Shown: positions 1 to 10,549 of the stretch, one piece after another | How the letters are laid out: each line of letters begins with the position of its first letter | How positions within the stretch are numbered: position 1 is the first letter of the stretch | Source of the DNA: Vicugna vicugna | Taxonomy: Eukaryota | Length of the DNA stretch: 64,000 bases | Direction of reading: 5' to 3' | NCBI GenBank assembly: GCA_013265495.1 | Contig: MU058059.1 | Coordinates: forward strand, 3,695,502 to 3,759,501 | Made by a program: the position numbers and the translations under genes | The notes under the pieces: model-generated | Database searches by the model: none | What the model was told of the DNA's origin: nothing | Seen by the model: only the letters and a program-made list of their open reading frames with translations

Positions 1-2208
1 CCCGGCCTGCAGACCCTCAGGGCATGCCTGACCCTGGCCTCTGTGGCCCCTGGACATCTTAAAACAGCTCTTCAGCTGTTGGTCCCTCTCCCCACCCCAC
101 GTGTGTGCCTGAGCTGGGGACCGTGCGGGTGGTGGGCACTTAGCTCAACCTCCCTTTCCTGGGAGCCAGCCTGTTCCTCGTGAGCTGTCAGGTTTGCCTG
201 ACCTCCTTCATGCCAGAGGAGGAGGTTTCCCTGCAATGTAGGCCCAGGTGGGCCCACTCCATCCGCTCATCCTGACTATGGGACCTGAGACTCCTGGATC
301 CCAGAAGCAGCACGGTTCAGGCATCCGGGTGTGGTGCCTGCCACTCCAGGGTGTCATAAACAGCAGCCTGAGCAAAAATCAGAGATCAGATGAAAACAAA
401 CTGTTTCCAGGCTAAAATGAGCTAATGCCAAGGCCCTAATGCAATGCAGTGTACCAGCAGCGGCGTGAAACACGGCAGGTGCCCGCTCACATGACAACAA
501 CCCTGGACGCGGCCTTGGCAGAGACTGTGGATAGAGGTTCCTGTGTCCTGATGGCACCAGCTCTGCATCTCCTACCACCCTCTATGCTCCCCTAACATCA
601 CTGCAACCTGGCGGAGAGGGTGCAGAGCTCCCAGTTTACTGGGCGGTGGGACCGGACGTCGCACGGACCAGGCTAGTAAGAGCTTGGGACAGTGCTTGGC
701 GTTTCTCAGCTACACTGCGTGAAAAGGTGACATTTGAAAAAGTCACTTCCTGTGACTGTGTGAAAACACAAACTTGAAAGTGAGAATTGGTATCTGTTGC
801 ATCATCACATTTGAGGAATGGCGTGGAACCCCTTTACGGGGAAAAAGCGTCTTTAGGACAGGTTATCCAAAGACAGAGCAGTGTGAAGGTTCAGACTGGT
901 ACCTTCCAGCTGCTGCTTGCCCGTCAGCCAGCACTGCTTGTCATCTCCGCCTTTCATCGGGGACGGCTGCGCCCCCTTTAGGAGACGCCCGGAGCGGGGG
1001 TGGGGAAGCACCCGCAGGAGACACTCCCAGCCTGTGGTTCCTGGACCACTGCATGTCCTGGGGTCCCACTGGCCTCAGGGAGGAAAAGTGGGTGACAGGG
1101 ACAATTCTCTGTGCCTCCTCTGCTCTGCCACCGGTGCATAGTTGGGCAGTAAATTAAGCGAACTGGTTCTTAAGATGAAAGTGGGAGAAGGAAGTTCAGG
1201 GCAGAGTTTACGCTCCTTCTGGAAAATAGCCTCAAGCTGTGGTTGGAAATAAGAGATGCTCTTTAAGGGTTAGCTGCATTTTCAAAAACCACATCAGATG
1301 GGAAACCCAGAACCACAGAAACTCTGGGCTTGGCCTGGAATTGGAAGGTGTTGCAACGTGAACCAGCAGTGACCTGCCAGGAGGTGCCCGGAGGGCTCTG
1401 GTCCCACCTGAGCATCCCCTTTCAGCCCAGAGTGCTGGTAGCAAAGGCTCAGCCCAGCTCCTGAGTCCATGAGTGTCCTGGACTCAGAAGGTTCTTACCT
1501 GTACCTCTTTGGAAGGTGGACTAGTTCAAAAAGGGGCCTGAGAACTTACTTACAAGCCGGGGTGATGCACAGCACCCCGGGCAGCTCGGGGCCCTTCTCT
1601 CGTGCTGCTGGGTCTTAGGAGGGCTTCTCTTACGTGGCTGTGCTTTGTGCTTTATTAGAAGGACACATGGTTTGGGAGGGATTGTAAAATCCACTTTGCC
1701 AAATGCTTGCCAAAGGGGTTTTGGGGAGGAAGAGGGCCCTCTGGAGTCTGAGAGGTCAACACGAGGAGCCTGGAGGAAGGGGCACCGAGAGGCCTCTGTC
1801 CAGTGCGGTGCTCAGGACAGAGACCCGGGGGCTGACTGGGAAGGCTGACGATGTCTGCACACGAGGGGTGCAGCCCCTCCTGGGGGGTGGTGCTGGCACA
1901 CTAGCTCGTGGTTCAGCCCGTGGGGTCTTTGAGTATCTGCCTGCAGCCCCCCAGCTCTGCTCACTTTGAGGGAAATAAAACAACACAGCAAGGGTGCCTT
2001 GCACGGGGAGGCATCTGAGCATTCACAGCCCTCGATCCTGCAGGGGAAGGGCTGTCTGCCACTCTGCCCTGCCTCACTGGATTGAGGGAGGCTGCAGTGG
2101 CCCCGAGTGGAGAGACTGCCTGTGGAGGGTCCAGGTGGGGGGTGGGGGGCAGGCAGAGCAGGCAGGGGAGGGGGAAGCAGGGCTGGGGTGAGAGGGAGGT
2201 AGGCCAGA

Positions 2209-2294
2209 GGATTGTGCAAAGTTTTGCTCTGGGTCATGAATGAGACCTCAAAAGGACTGTGCAAAGTTTTGCTCTGGGTCATGAATGAGACCTC
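2209..2294. repeat. Tandem duplication, 45-bp period, 2 copies
   Basis: GGATTGTGCAAAGTTTTGCTCTGGGTCATGAATGAGACCTC (2209-2249) and GGACTGTGCAAAGTTTTGCTCTGGGTCATGAATGAGACCTC (2254-2294): 41 nt with 1 mismatch, separated by AAAA. Confidence 0.95.
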
Positions 2295-2609
2295 CCTTTG
2301 CCATTTTCCCAGAAAACGGCTGCAAAGATTTAAATCACTGTTCAAATACTTCTAGTTGTCAGCTCGTCCTTTCCTCCAAAGGGATCTCGAGCTGAGTCTG
2401 CCCCGGGAGACAGCGAGCAGGTGCGCTGTGCGGGGTGGTGAGCGACAGGTCCGGACCCTCATCGTCCTCTGCAGGGTCTGCCTGCCTGGCGTGCCCGCCT
2501 GGGTACTTGGGCACTGACGCAGCTGCCAGCTGAGGCCACTCGGGCCATGTGATATGTGCAAGATTTTAGTAAGGACTGTTTAGCCCAGGCCACTGCCTTC
2601 TCAGCACAG

Positions 2610-3260
2610 CTCAGTGGCAGTAAGCACATTCACACTATTGTGTAACCATCACCACCGTCCACCTCCAGAGCACTTTCATCTTCCCATACTAAAACTCCGC
2701 GCACGTTCAACAGCAACCGCCGCCCCCACCCCAGCTGTTGGTAACCACCATTCTACCTTCTGTCTCTGGGAATCTGATGACTCTAGGTCCCTCATACAAG
2801 TAGAAACAAAGTATTTGTCCTTTCGTGACTGGCTTATGTTGCTGAGTGTAAAGTCCTCAGGTTCATCCACATTGTAGCAGGTGCCAGAACTGCCTTCCTT
2901 CCTAAGGGTGAATCATTTTACGCGTACGCACAGACCCCGTTTTATTTATCCAATCGTCTGCTTATGGACAGCTGGGTGGCTTCTACTCTGGCTGCTGCTG
3001 TGAGTCAAGCTGCTGTGAATACGGGTGTGCAAATATCTGAGTTCCTGCTTTCAGTGGTTTGGGGATGTGCCCGGGGTGGAATTGCTGGATTACATGCTGA
3101 TTCTATTTGCAACCTTTTGAGGAGCTGCTGGGCTGTTTTGCATGGCGGCTGCACCACTTTATGTCCCACCAGCAGTGAGCAGGGTCGTTAATTTCTGCTT
3201 CCGTGGAGGACAGAGCATCTAATGGGTGTGAGACGGCATCTCATCTGTGTCCTACTCTTG
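2610..3260 (-). mobile_element. Old L1 (L1MB/L1MC-like) 3' end fragment: ORF2 C-terminus plus 3'UTR
   Basis: Typical antisense L1M 3' text (CATTCACACTATTGTGTAACCATCACCACC; GGTTCATCCACATTGTAGCA; GCTGCTGTGAATACGGGTGTGCAAATATC). Minus ORF 2676-2870 contains LSNISQSRKDKY, resembling the L1 ORF2 terminal motif LSEISQSQKDKY. Confidence 0.85.
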
Positions 3261-3924
3261 ACCGAAAGTCAGGCCACGCTGCTTCTCTGCCGAACCCCCT
3301 CTAAACAGCACAAGCCATGGTCTTCCTCACAGCCTGCTGGGCTCTGGGATCTCCCCCTGCCCCCCTCACTGTGGCCTCTGGCCTCATCTCCTACTGACAT
3401 CGCCCTAACCAACCGCCCCCTCCTTTCTCAGACCCACCCCTGGGACCCGACGCCCTCCCTGTGAGACATCCTGGTTCTCCAGAACCCCCGGGAGATAGCT
3501 CTTCTGCTTTGTTGGGCTGAGGGAAATCCAAACAGCCCAGATTCCCATTTCAGTTGCTGGGACCGTCTTCTCGGAGGACTTCACCCAAGTCAGCTCCGCA
3601 GGGAGGACTTGTGTGTTTTTCCTGCAAAACAGCAGCCCCTCACCTGGTCACTGGATTCTTCTCCGGCCCTGTTTTCACCATTGACTTGCCAGCCCTGGAC
3701 TTCGCGTATCTCTGACTCGCTCAGTCCATCCGGCCCCGGGAGGCTCCCGCCCAGGGAGGCAGGGCTCTGCTGTGAACCCCCGCACCCAGACCGCCGCCGC
3801 ACACAGTGCTTGTTGCCAAACGAGCGAAGGAAACTGCGTGTGCTGAGCCGTAAACCAGGACCTCACAGGGTTATGACTTTTTAGGGACTCATTAGTGACC
3901 AGGTTTTAACAGTTCTAAGTTTTT

Positions 3925-4330
3925 AATCGATTTTCCTGGGTTTTCTGGTGTATAATCATATCAACTACAAAGAATGACGGTCTTATTTACCCCTTCTTTT
4001 TCTGTCTACATCTTGCAGCGTAATTGTAGACAACGGGGCGGAGGGGGTGGGACAGGGACACACTTGTCTGCCTCTGCCCTTTCATGGGGCATCTTGAGCC
4101 CCCCACTGGAGGCGAGCTGATCTGGGCTTCTGCCTTGGGGTAGACCTCTCATCCCGTCAGGGAAGCCCGCCTGTCCCGATTTCACTCAGGACTTTTTCTG
4201 TTGAAGTCAAGACGGAGGCTTATGCTCTGAAACGCCTCTGGCACCTAGTGGGATCAGGTTTTCTCTCAACTCCTTGATGTAGGAATTACGTTAATGGCTT
4301 TCCTAGGACGGGTGCATCCTCGCATCTTTA
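3925..4330 (-). mobile_element. Highly decayed L1 ORF2 (RT-region) fragment
   Basis: Weak similarity to antisense L1 ORF2 (TATAATCATATCAACTACAAAGAATGACGG; GGGACACACTTGTCTG; TTGATGTAGGAATTACGTTAATGGCTTTC). Confidence 0.55.
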
Positions 4331-5329
4331 CCTCTGAGCCCCCAAAGCGTTTTGCAGTGGGTGCTGGAGGCAGCCCTGCCCTCCCAGCTGGGACCGGCAG
4401 CACAGATCCCCTAGGGAGGGCTCAGGGTGGGTTACTGTTCCTGCACCCAGCGGGTGGAGTCTGTGATTCAGTTAGCGGCAGCACAGCATACACCAGGATG
4501 GACTTAGCTGTAGCCAGGCGGACAGTGGGGAGGACAGAGCTTCCTTCACTGCCGGTCGGAAAGCTGGCTTTGAGGTGAGGGAGCGCCCTCCTCCACGCTG
4601 TCTTCACCTCCCCTAGACGCTTCCCTCCAGACATTTCAGGCTTCAGTGGAAAGCAGAGCTCTCACATTTTTATCCTGGAGTCTCCCTGTCTCTTTGCAAC
4701 TCTGCCTGCCAGGGCCGATCCCGTGGTCCCTGTTTCTAAATGGGTTAATGTCACCTCAGAGTCCCCCAAGGTGACTTTTAAGAATAGATTAAAAAGGGCG
4801 AGGATGTGAACGCATTGATTTTCTATCCAAATCAGTCCCTGGAGAGCAGTAAGCAGAGACACAAGATCTGCTTTGTTATGATTCTCTGAGGGTTCCCTGG
4901 GGGCAGGAAGATGAATCAGGAGGGGGATTTTGTGAATTTTTCTTAGTTGAGATCTCCTGTGGGACCAAACACAGGTGAGGCCCCAGCCCGGGACCCCACG
5001 GCAGACCCCCAGACAGCAGCTCTTCAAGGACAGGGAGGGGCACGCTGGGTCCTTCTCTTCCAGACCTGCGTCTTTGGGTGGTACATAATCTTTGTTTCAG
5101 TCTGATCCCTTTTCTTCTTCTTTCGTTAACACTTGAAACTGCTTTGTGTTTATTCCAGGATAGATCAAAAAAGCAAAAATGTAGCTAACAAGAACTGTGC
5201 TTCTCACACTTGGAGAAAGGCAGTACCCATAAGCTTAGGGGCAGCCTGGGGTAAGCCCTGCAGTGTTGGATTGGAATGAGAGATCCAGGACCAACTCACG
5301 TCTTTAATACACATGCATGGAGGCAGGCA

Positions 5330-5700
5330 TCCGTGGGTAGCAACTTGATATGTGACGTAGAAGTCACTGCATAGAAGGATGGACTAGTCAATACAGGGGG
5401 CTGGGACAAGTGCTTATCCACATGAAAATGGTGGCCTACCTCACATCATAACAAAAACAAATGCCAGATGTATTAAAAACTTAAATATGAGTTAAAATAT
5501 TAAAACTCTTTAAAGACTATATAATAACATATCATTATGTCCTTTTGGGAGAAGTTTGAATATTTTTTAAAAATCAAGACACAAAAAAGCACAAAAAGTG
5601 ATGACAACTTAGATCCCATTAAAATTGGAAGAAATGTGCTTCCTCAACAGGTGCAGGGAAAAAGGTGACGAGCAGGCCACAGTCTGGAAGACAAGGAGTG
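5330..5700 (+). mobile_element. Old L1 ORF2 3'-region fragment (L1ME-like)
   Basis: A-rich stretch matching the sense L1 ORF2 pattern (CCTACCTCACATCATAACAAAAACAAATGCCAGATGTATTAAAAACTTAAATATGAG; CCCATTAAAATTGG). Confidence 0.6.
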
Positions 5701-6410
5701 TGATACACTGACGTCGCTAAGGAGTAACCAGAGAATCAGAAAGTGTGGAGTCCGACCTCTTTAAGAGGACAGTCTGTTCCCCGGAATAGCTGTTCGCCAG
5801 GTGGGAGCTGCTTTAGGGGAGAAGAGAGGAGGGGCTGCTGGTTCAGACCTTCAAAGTTTACAGTAGCAAGAAAGCAGATGAAAGTTCAGGGCCTGCAGAG
5901 GGTCCCAGTGATAAGGCTTTGAGCAGCAGCTGAGCTGGCCCGGGAGGGAGGGAGCTGGGCCCCAAGGGCGTCCAGAAACCCCCTCTCAGGGAAGCCAAGC
6001 CCGGAGACCCCCTTCCGGGAAGGAGGATCTTTGGATGAGCAGAACAGTAAGTCTTCCTGGAACATAGTTTTGGCTCGGGACTCTGTATTTCTTCCATCCC
6101 TTTGCCTCGAAGAGTATTAGATTGCTTCTGAAAGGGAAGGAAAAACTCATTAAAATGTGTATTGTTTTTCCTATTAATTATGCTTTTTTTAAAAACTAAA
6201 GCATCCTAACGTTGCCTCACCCCTCCCACGGGCTCTCCCTTCCTTTCTCCCCACCTTCCCCCGCCACCTCTCCCTGCAGACTGTTCAACCAGGGACCTGC
6301 TTTCATGGGGGGCAGCTTGTGAATACGGGTTGTCTCAGTGGGTCCTCTGCAATCACCCTCGTTTATAAAGATTAGGAAAAGTGAATAACTTCCCTTAAAA
6401 AAAATTGGAG

Positions 6411-6545
6411 TGGGAGGGTGTAGCTCAGTGGTACAGCCCATGCCCAGCAGGCACAAGGTCCTGGGCTCAGTCCCCAGTACCTCCATGAAGGATGAATCAG
6501 TCAATGAAAACCTAATTACCTCCCCCCAATATTAAAAAGGAACAA
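6411..6545 (+). mobile_element. Camelid tRNA-Ala-derived SINE (vic-1-like), long form
   Basis: GGGAGGGTGTAGCTCAGTGG...GGTCCTGGGCTCAGTCCCCAGTACCTCCA head (A box intact, B box mutated), then the AAACCTAATTACCTCCCC module and an A-rich tail. Confidence 0.88.
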
Positions 6546-7899
6546 AACCCCCCAAAATGGATTCCAAGGCTTGTCTTCTTCTCTAGAGCCTAGAAAACAT
6601 TCAGTGGTCCCGTGTGAAGGAGAAAAAGAGTTAAAGGAGTTTCCCCAGCTTTCCTTATTTTTATATCCAGGACTGAGTAGAAAAATCAGACCCTTCCTAG
6701 ATCGCTGGCCCCGTGGAGTCGGGGCGTGCTCTCGTCTGTGTTTAGAAAGCATGTCAAGACTGATTGAATTATCTAATTAAAACAATGACCACAGAGGGCC
6801 TGTTTATTTTGGCCCAGGGAAGGTCAGCTCAGCCGGCCCCTTGTCTGTCCTGCTGAGGGTCCCCTTCCCCTTCCTGACTCAAGGCCCCTGAAGGACTCAG
6901 CTCTGAATAAAAATGTGAGGGTGGGACCCACGTCCACCAGTGGGGTACGACTCACTCCGGCTGGGACTGTGGTGGCTCTGTAGGACGCGGAGACATAGTC
7001 TTGAGAGACGTAGAGGGTGCAAAATTCAGGCGATTATGATTGTCAGTCTGTGAGAAATTGGCAATTGTTCCACCAGCTGGCCGAGCTGACTGTAGTCTTG
7101 ATTGCATGCTCTGTGCGCTATGAAGTTAAAACTTAAGATCCACAAGGCAAGTTCACAAATAACAAGTTAAAAATAAAGCCAGACAAATTTCTTCTATGAT
7201 TTAGAGACGACTGGAGAGCCAGATACCTGTTGGCCTCGCTTGTCATGAGGTTGCCCAGGCCGGGCTGCTTCGGGGGCTGTGGTCGTTCCTTGGTCCCCAG
7301 GCTCCCGCTGAGGACAGGGCATCGATGGTGCTCATTATAGTCAAGCCAGATCAGGTGTCCGGGCCTGGAGTAGAAGTGGGGGCACGGATTACGAACACAG
7401 TCTGCGTGCTTCCTGGCAGTGCAGCGTCCCTGGCCGTGAGCCTGGCCCAGGTGTAAGGAGGTTTCTGTGCGCGTGAGAAGTGTCCCGTTGGTCCTGCAGT
7501 TATTCAGTGAAGGGCTCCCTTTGGGGTGGGGGTCCAGTATCCTACAAGTCCTCAGAACACAGGTCCCAACCTTTAAAAGCAGCAGCCTGCCCGCCTGGTG
7601 GACGGGAGTGGGCCCCGTTTCTACGTTGGTGGTTTTTCCTTTAACACGTAATGATTATCTCCTATGAAATACCCGCGATGACTCACTGAACGAGGTTTTG
7701 GATACTCAGCAAGGGTAGTTGACTCACACTGTGACGGCATTTCCCACAGTTCTGTGTGCCACTGTCTTCTCTGGGATGTGGGAACAGAAAAGGAGGATGA
7801 ACGCCAGGTTCTGTGGGGAACCCTCTTACGTGAGGTTGTCCGGATTCCCTTTCATGGTGGGTGCTCTTCACTGCTTTGCGCTGACCTAGATTTCCACCT

Positions 7900-9130
7900 G
7901 CCGCCATCTTCCTTCTGCCTAACGGATTTCCTGTAGCATTTCTTGCGGGACAGATCTGCTGGGAATGAATTCATCCAGCTTTTTTGTCTTTTCTTTTTTT
8001 TTTTTTTTAATGTCTGAAAAAGTCTATTTTGTCTTCATTTTTGAAAGCTTTTTTTGAACGTTTTTTTCTGGATGTAAAATTCAAGGGTGACAGTTTTTTT
8101 TCCCCCCTTTTAGTATTTTAAAGATGTTGAAACAGTTTTCTGACTTGCATTGTTTCTGAAAAGAAAATTGCTGTCATTTTAACCTTTCTCCCTCTGTATG
8201 TAATGTGTCAGTTGTCTCTGACTGCTTTGAAGATTTTTCTCTGTACCACTGGTTTTAAGCAGCTTCATTATGATGTGCCTTGGTGTAGCTTTCCTCATAT
8301 TTCTTGTGTTTGAAGTTTGTTGAGTTTTTTGATCTGTGGAATTAGCATTTCATCAACTGTGGGAAAAATGTGGCCATCATTTCTTCAATATTTTTCTGCC
8401 TGTCACCATCGGGGATTCCAATGACCTACTTATTAAGCCTCTGAGTTTCACAGCTCAGGGATGTTCAGTTCATTATTTGTTTTGTTTTTGTTGCTGTTGT
8501 TCAGTGTTTCATGCTTGATTATATGGGTACGCTTTGATTTCTTTGCAGTTCTGCTGTTAATTTCATCCAACTGCATTTTTCATTTCAGATATTATATTTT
8601 TACCTCTATTTTTCATCCTGATTTGAATCTTTATTATATCTTCCATGTCTCCTTAAAGTGTTTATGCCTTCCTCTGCCTTTTTGATCATGTGGAATAGTT
8701 AAAATACCTGTTGAATGTCCACTAACTGTATTCTTTGGATCCTCTCTGTCTGGGTGCTGATTCATTTCTCTTTTCGCTATGCGTTGTCCTGCTTATTTGC
8801 ATGACTGGTCACTTTTGATTGGATGCTAGACATTTTACCTTCTAGGGTGCTGCGGTTTTGGTATTCATTTAACTATTTTGGGCTTTGTTCTGGAGTGCAG
8901 TCCGGTTACTCAGAAGCCATTGGACCCTTACGAGGGTTGCTTTCAAGTTCGGTTAGGTGGGACCAGAGTGGCCCCTGGGCTAGGGCCGATTTTTCTCTAT
9001 ACCTGAAAGCCTGTCTAGTGTGACGCTGCCCCTCTGCCCGGCGAACGCCAGCGCCTGGGCTCCCCTGAATTCTCAAGTGTCTCTCCACAACTCACAGAGA
9101 CCCTGGGGCTCAGTGTGGGTGCTGCTGCCT
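7900..9130 (-). mobile_element. Old L1 (L1ME/L1M4-like) ORF1 and 5' region fragment
   Basis: T-rich antisense L1 ORF1 text (TAGCATTTCTTG...GATCTGCTGGGAATGAATTC; CTTCATTTTTGAAAG; CTGCTTTGAAGATTTTTCTCTG; GGCCATCATTTCTTCAATATTTTT). Confidence 0.75.
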
Positions 9131-9403
9131 GGAAGCTCTCTCTAGGCAGCAGGCTGGCAGGAGTGTGCTTGGCTTATTTTAGGAGCAGAGAGGAGGCCAG
9201 TGCAGCTGGAACTGAGTGAACGAATGGGCGGGTCAGTGGTCCCCGTTGTGGTCAAAGGGACAGTTGGGAGCTTGCAGGCCTTGCAGTTACAATGGAACAA
9301 GTAGCCTCAAAGTGAGTATCTGCAGTTAGATATGAAAACACACATTATGTTGCAGTGTTTGATTTTTACTCGTTGCTACTGATATAAATGTTCTGTAACT
9401 AGT

Positions 9404-9564
9404 GGGGAGGGTATTGCTCAGTGGTAGAGTGCATGCTTATCATGCATGAGGTCTTGGGTTCAATCCCCAGTACCTCTGTTAAATAGATATATAAACCTAA
9501 TTACCTCCCCCCACCAACAAAATTTAAATAAAATTTAAAAAAAATTGAAAAATAAATTTAAAAA
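9404..9564 (+). mobile_element. Camelid tRNA-Ala-derived SINE (vic-1-like), long form, with target-site duplication
   Basis: GGGGAGGGTATTGCTCAGTGGTAGAGTGCATGC...GGGTTCAATCCCCAGTACCTC, then AAACCTAATTACCTCCCC and an A-rich tail. TSD GTTCTGTAACTA (9390-9401) / GTTCTATAACTA (9565-9576). Confidence 0.92.
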
Positions 9565-10323
9565 GTTCTATAACTAATAGTTACTGTAAAAATTAGGCTG
9601 GAAGTTAATTTCATTTTGAAATTATTTGGGGTGATTTTCTATAACATCCCTTAAAGTGTTAGAGGCAGAGTGAATTAAAAAAAAAACAACTGGAAATATT
9701 CAGGTTGATCTAAACAGTCTTACAGATGATCAGAAAAACTGACCAGCATCTGTCCTTCAGTCTAAAGTCACACAGACATTTGTAGTTTCTGATGATCGAG
9801 AAATACAAATCCATACACTCCACAAATTCCACTGAGGTTAAACCTCACCTCATAAATAGACGGAGGCTTTTAAAACTGACACTGGGACATTCCAGCTGTG
9901 CGCTGATAAACTGTCCTCCTCCCTACTGCCCTTAGAGCCTACTGAGTATTAAGACAAGTCCGCCTTCTTGAGTTTCCCAGTCAGAAAATCCATTTCACCC
10001 GAGTGAGGACAGGCAGCCCCACTGAATCTTCCCGACTCCTGGTGGAGCCCGAAACACACCCGTCCCCGTGGAGCTGGATGCGAAGTCAGTTTCCCGGCCC
10101 TGCACCACCAGCACGGCGCCTGGGAGGGCACAGCCTTTCTGGTCTTGTGGAGGCCACCCCTGGAGAGAGGTTAAGGGGGGGGACAAGACCATAAACTCCT
10201 CTCCCCAGTTATCATTCACGTCCCTGCTGTGAAACCAGCCAGACCTGGAAGTGTCACAACCCCTCTTCTCCTTTACAGCCCGGCATCCTCCTCCTGCTCC
10301 CAGGGTGGAAGGTGCCCCCATCA

Positions 10324-10549
10324 CCTCCTTCTCCTGCACCCCCTCCTTCTCCTGCACCCCCTCTTCCTCCTACACCTCTACTCCTCCTGCACCCCTTTCT
10401 CCAGCACCCCTCCTCCTCCTGTACCCCACCTCCTGCACCCCCTCCTCCTCTTGCTCTCCTCCTTCTCCTGCACCCCCTCCCCCTGCCCGTCCCCCTCCTG
10501 TACCATGCACCCCCTCCCCCTGCACCTCCACCTCCTGTACCCCTCCCCA
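10324..10549. repeat. Pyrimidine-rich minisatellite, about 18-bp unit (CCTCCTTCTCCTGCACCC), degenerate
   Basis: Identical 18-mers at 10324 and 10342, followed by roughly ten degenerate CCTCCTGYACCCC-type units; strongly C/T-skewed on the + strand. Confidence 0.9.

Noticed and set aside
2209-2294. CRISPR-like or regularly spaced repeat interpretation (also 48842-48876)
   Set aside because: Only 2-3 head-to-tail copies with no unique spacers, in mammalian DNA with no cas genes.
9788-9836. C/D-box snoRNA candidates (CTGATGA...CTGA; also near 61655-61695)
   Set aside because: Box spacing is too short or the D box is missing, and there is no terminal stem.
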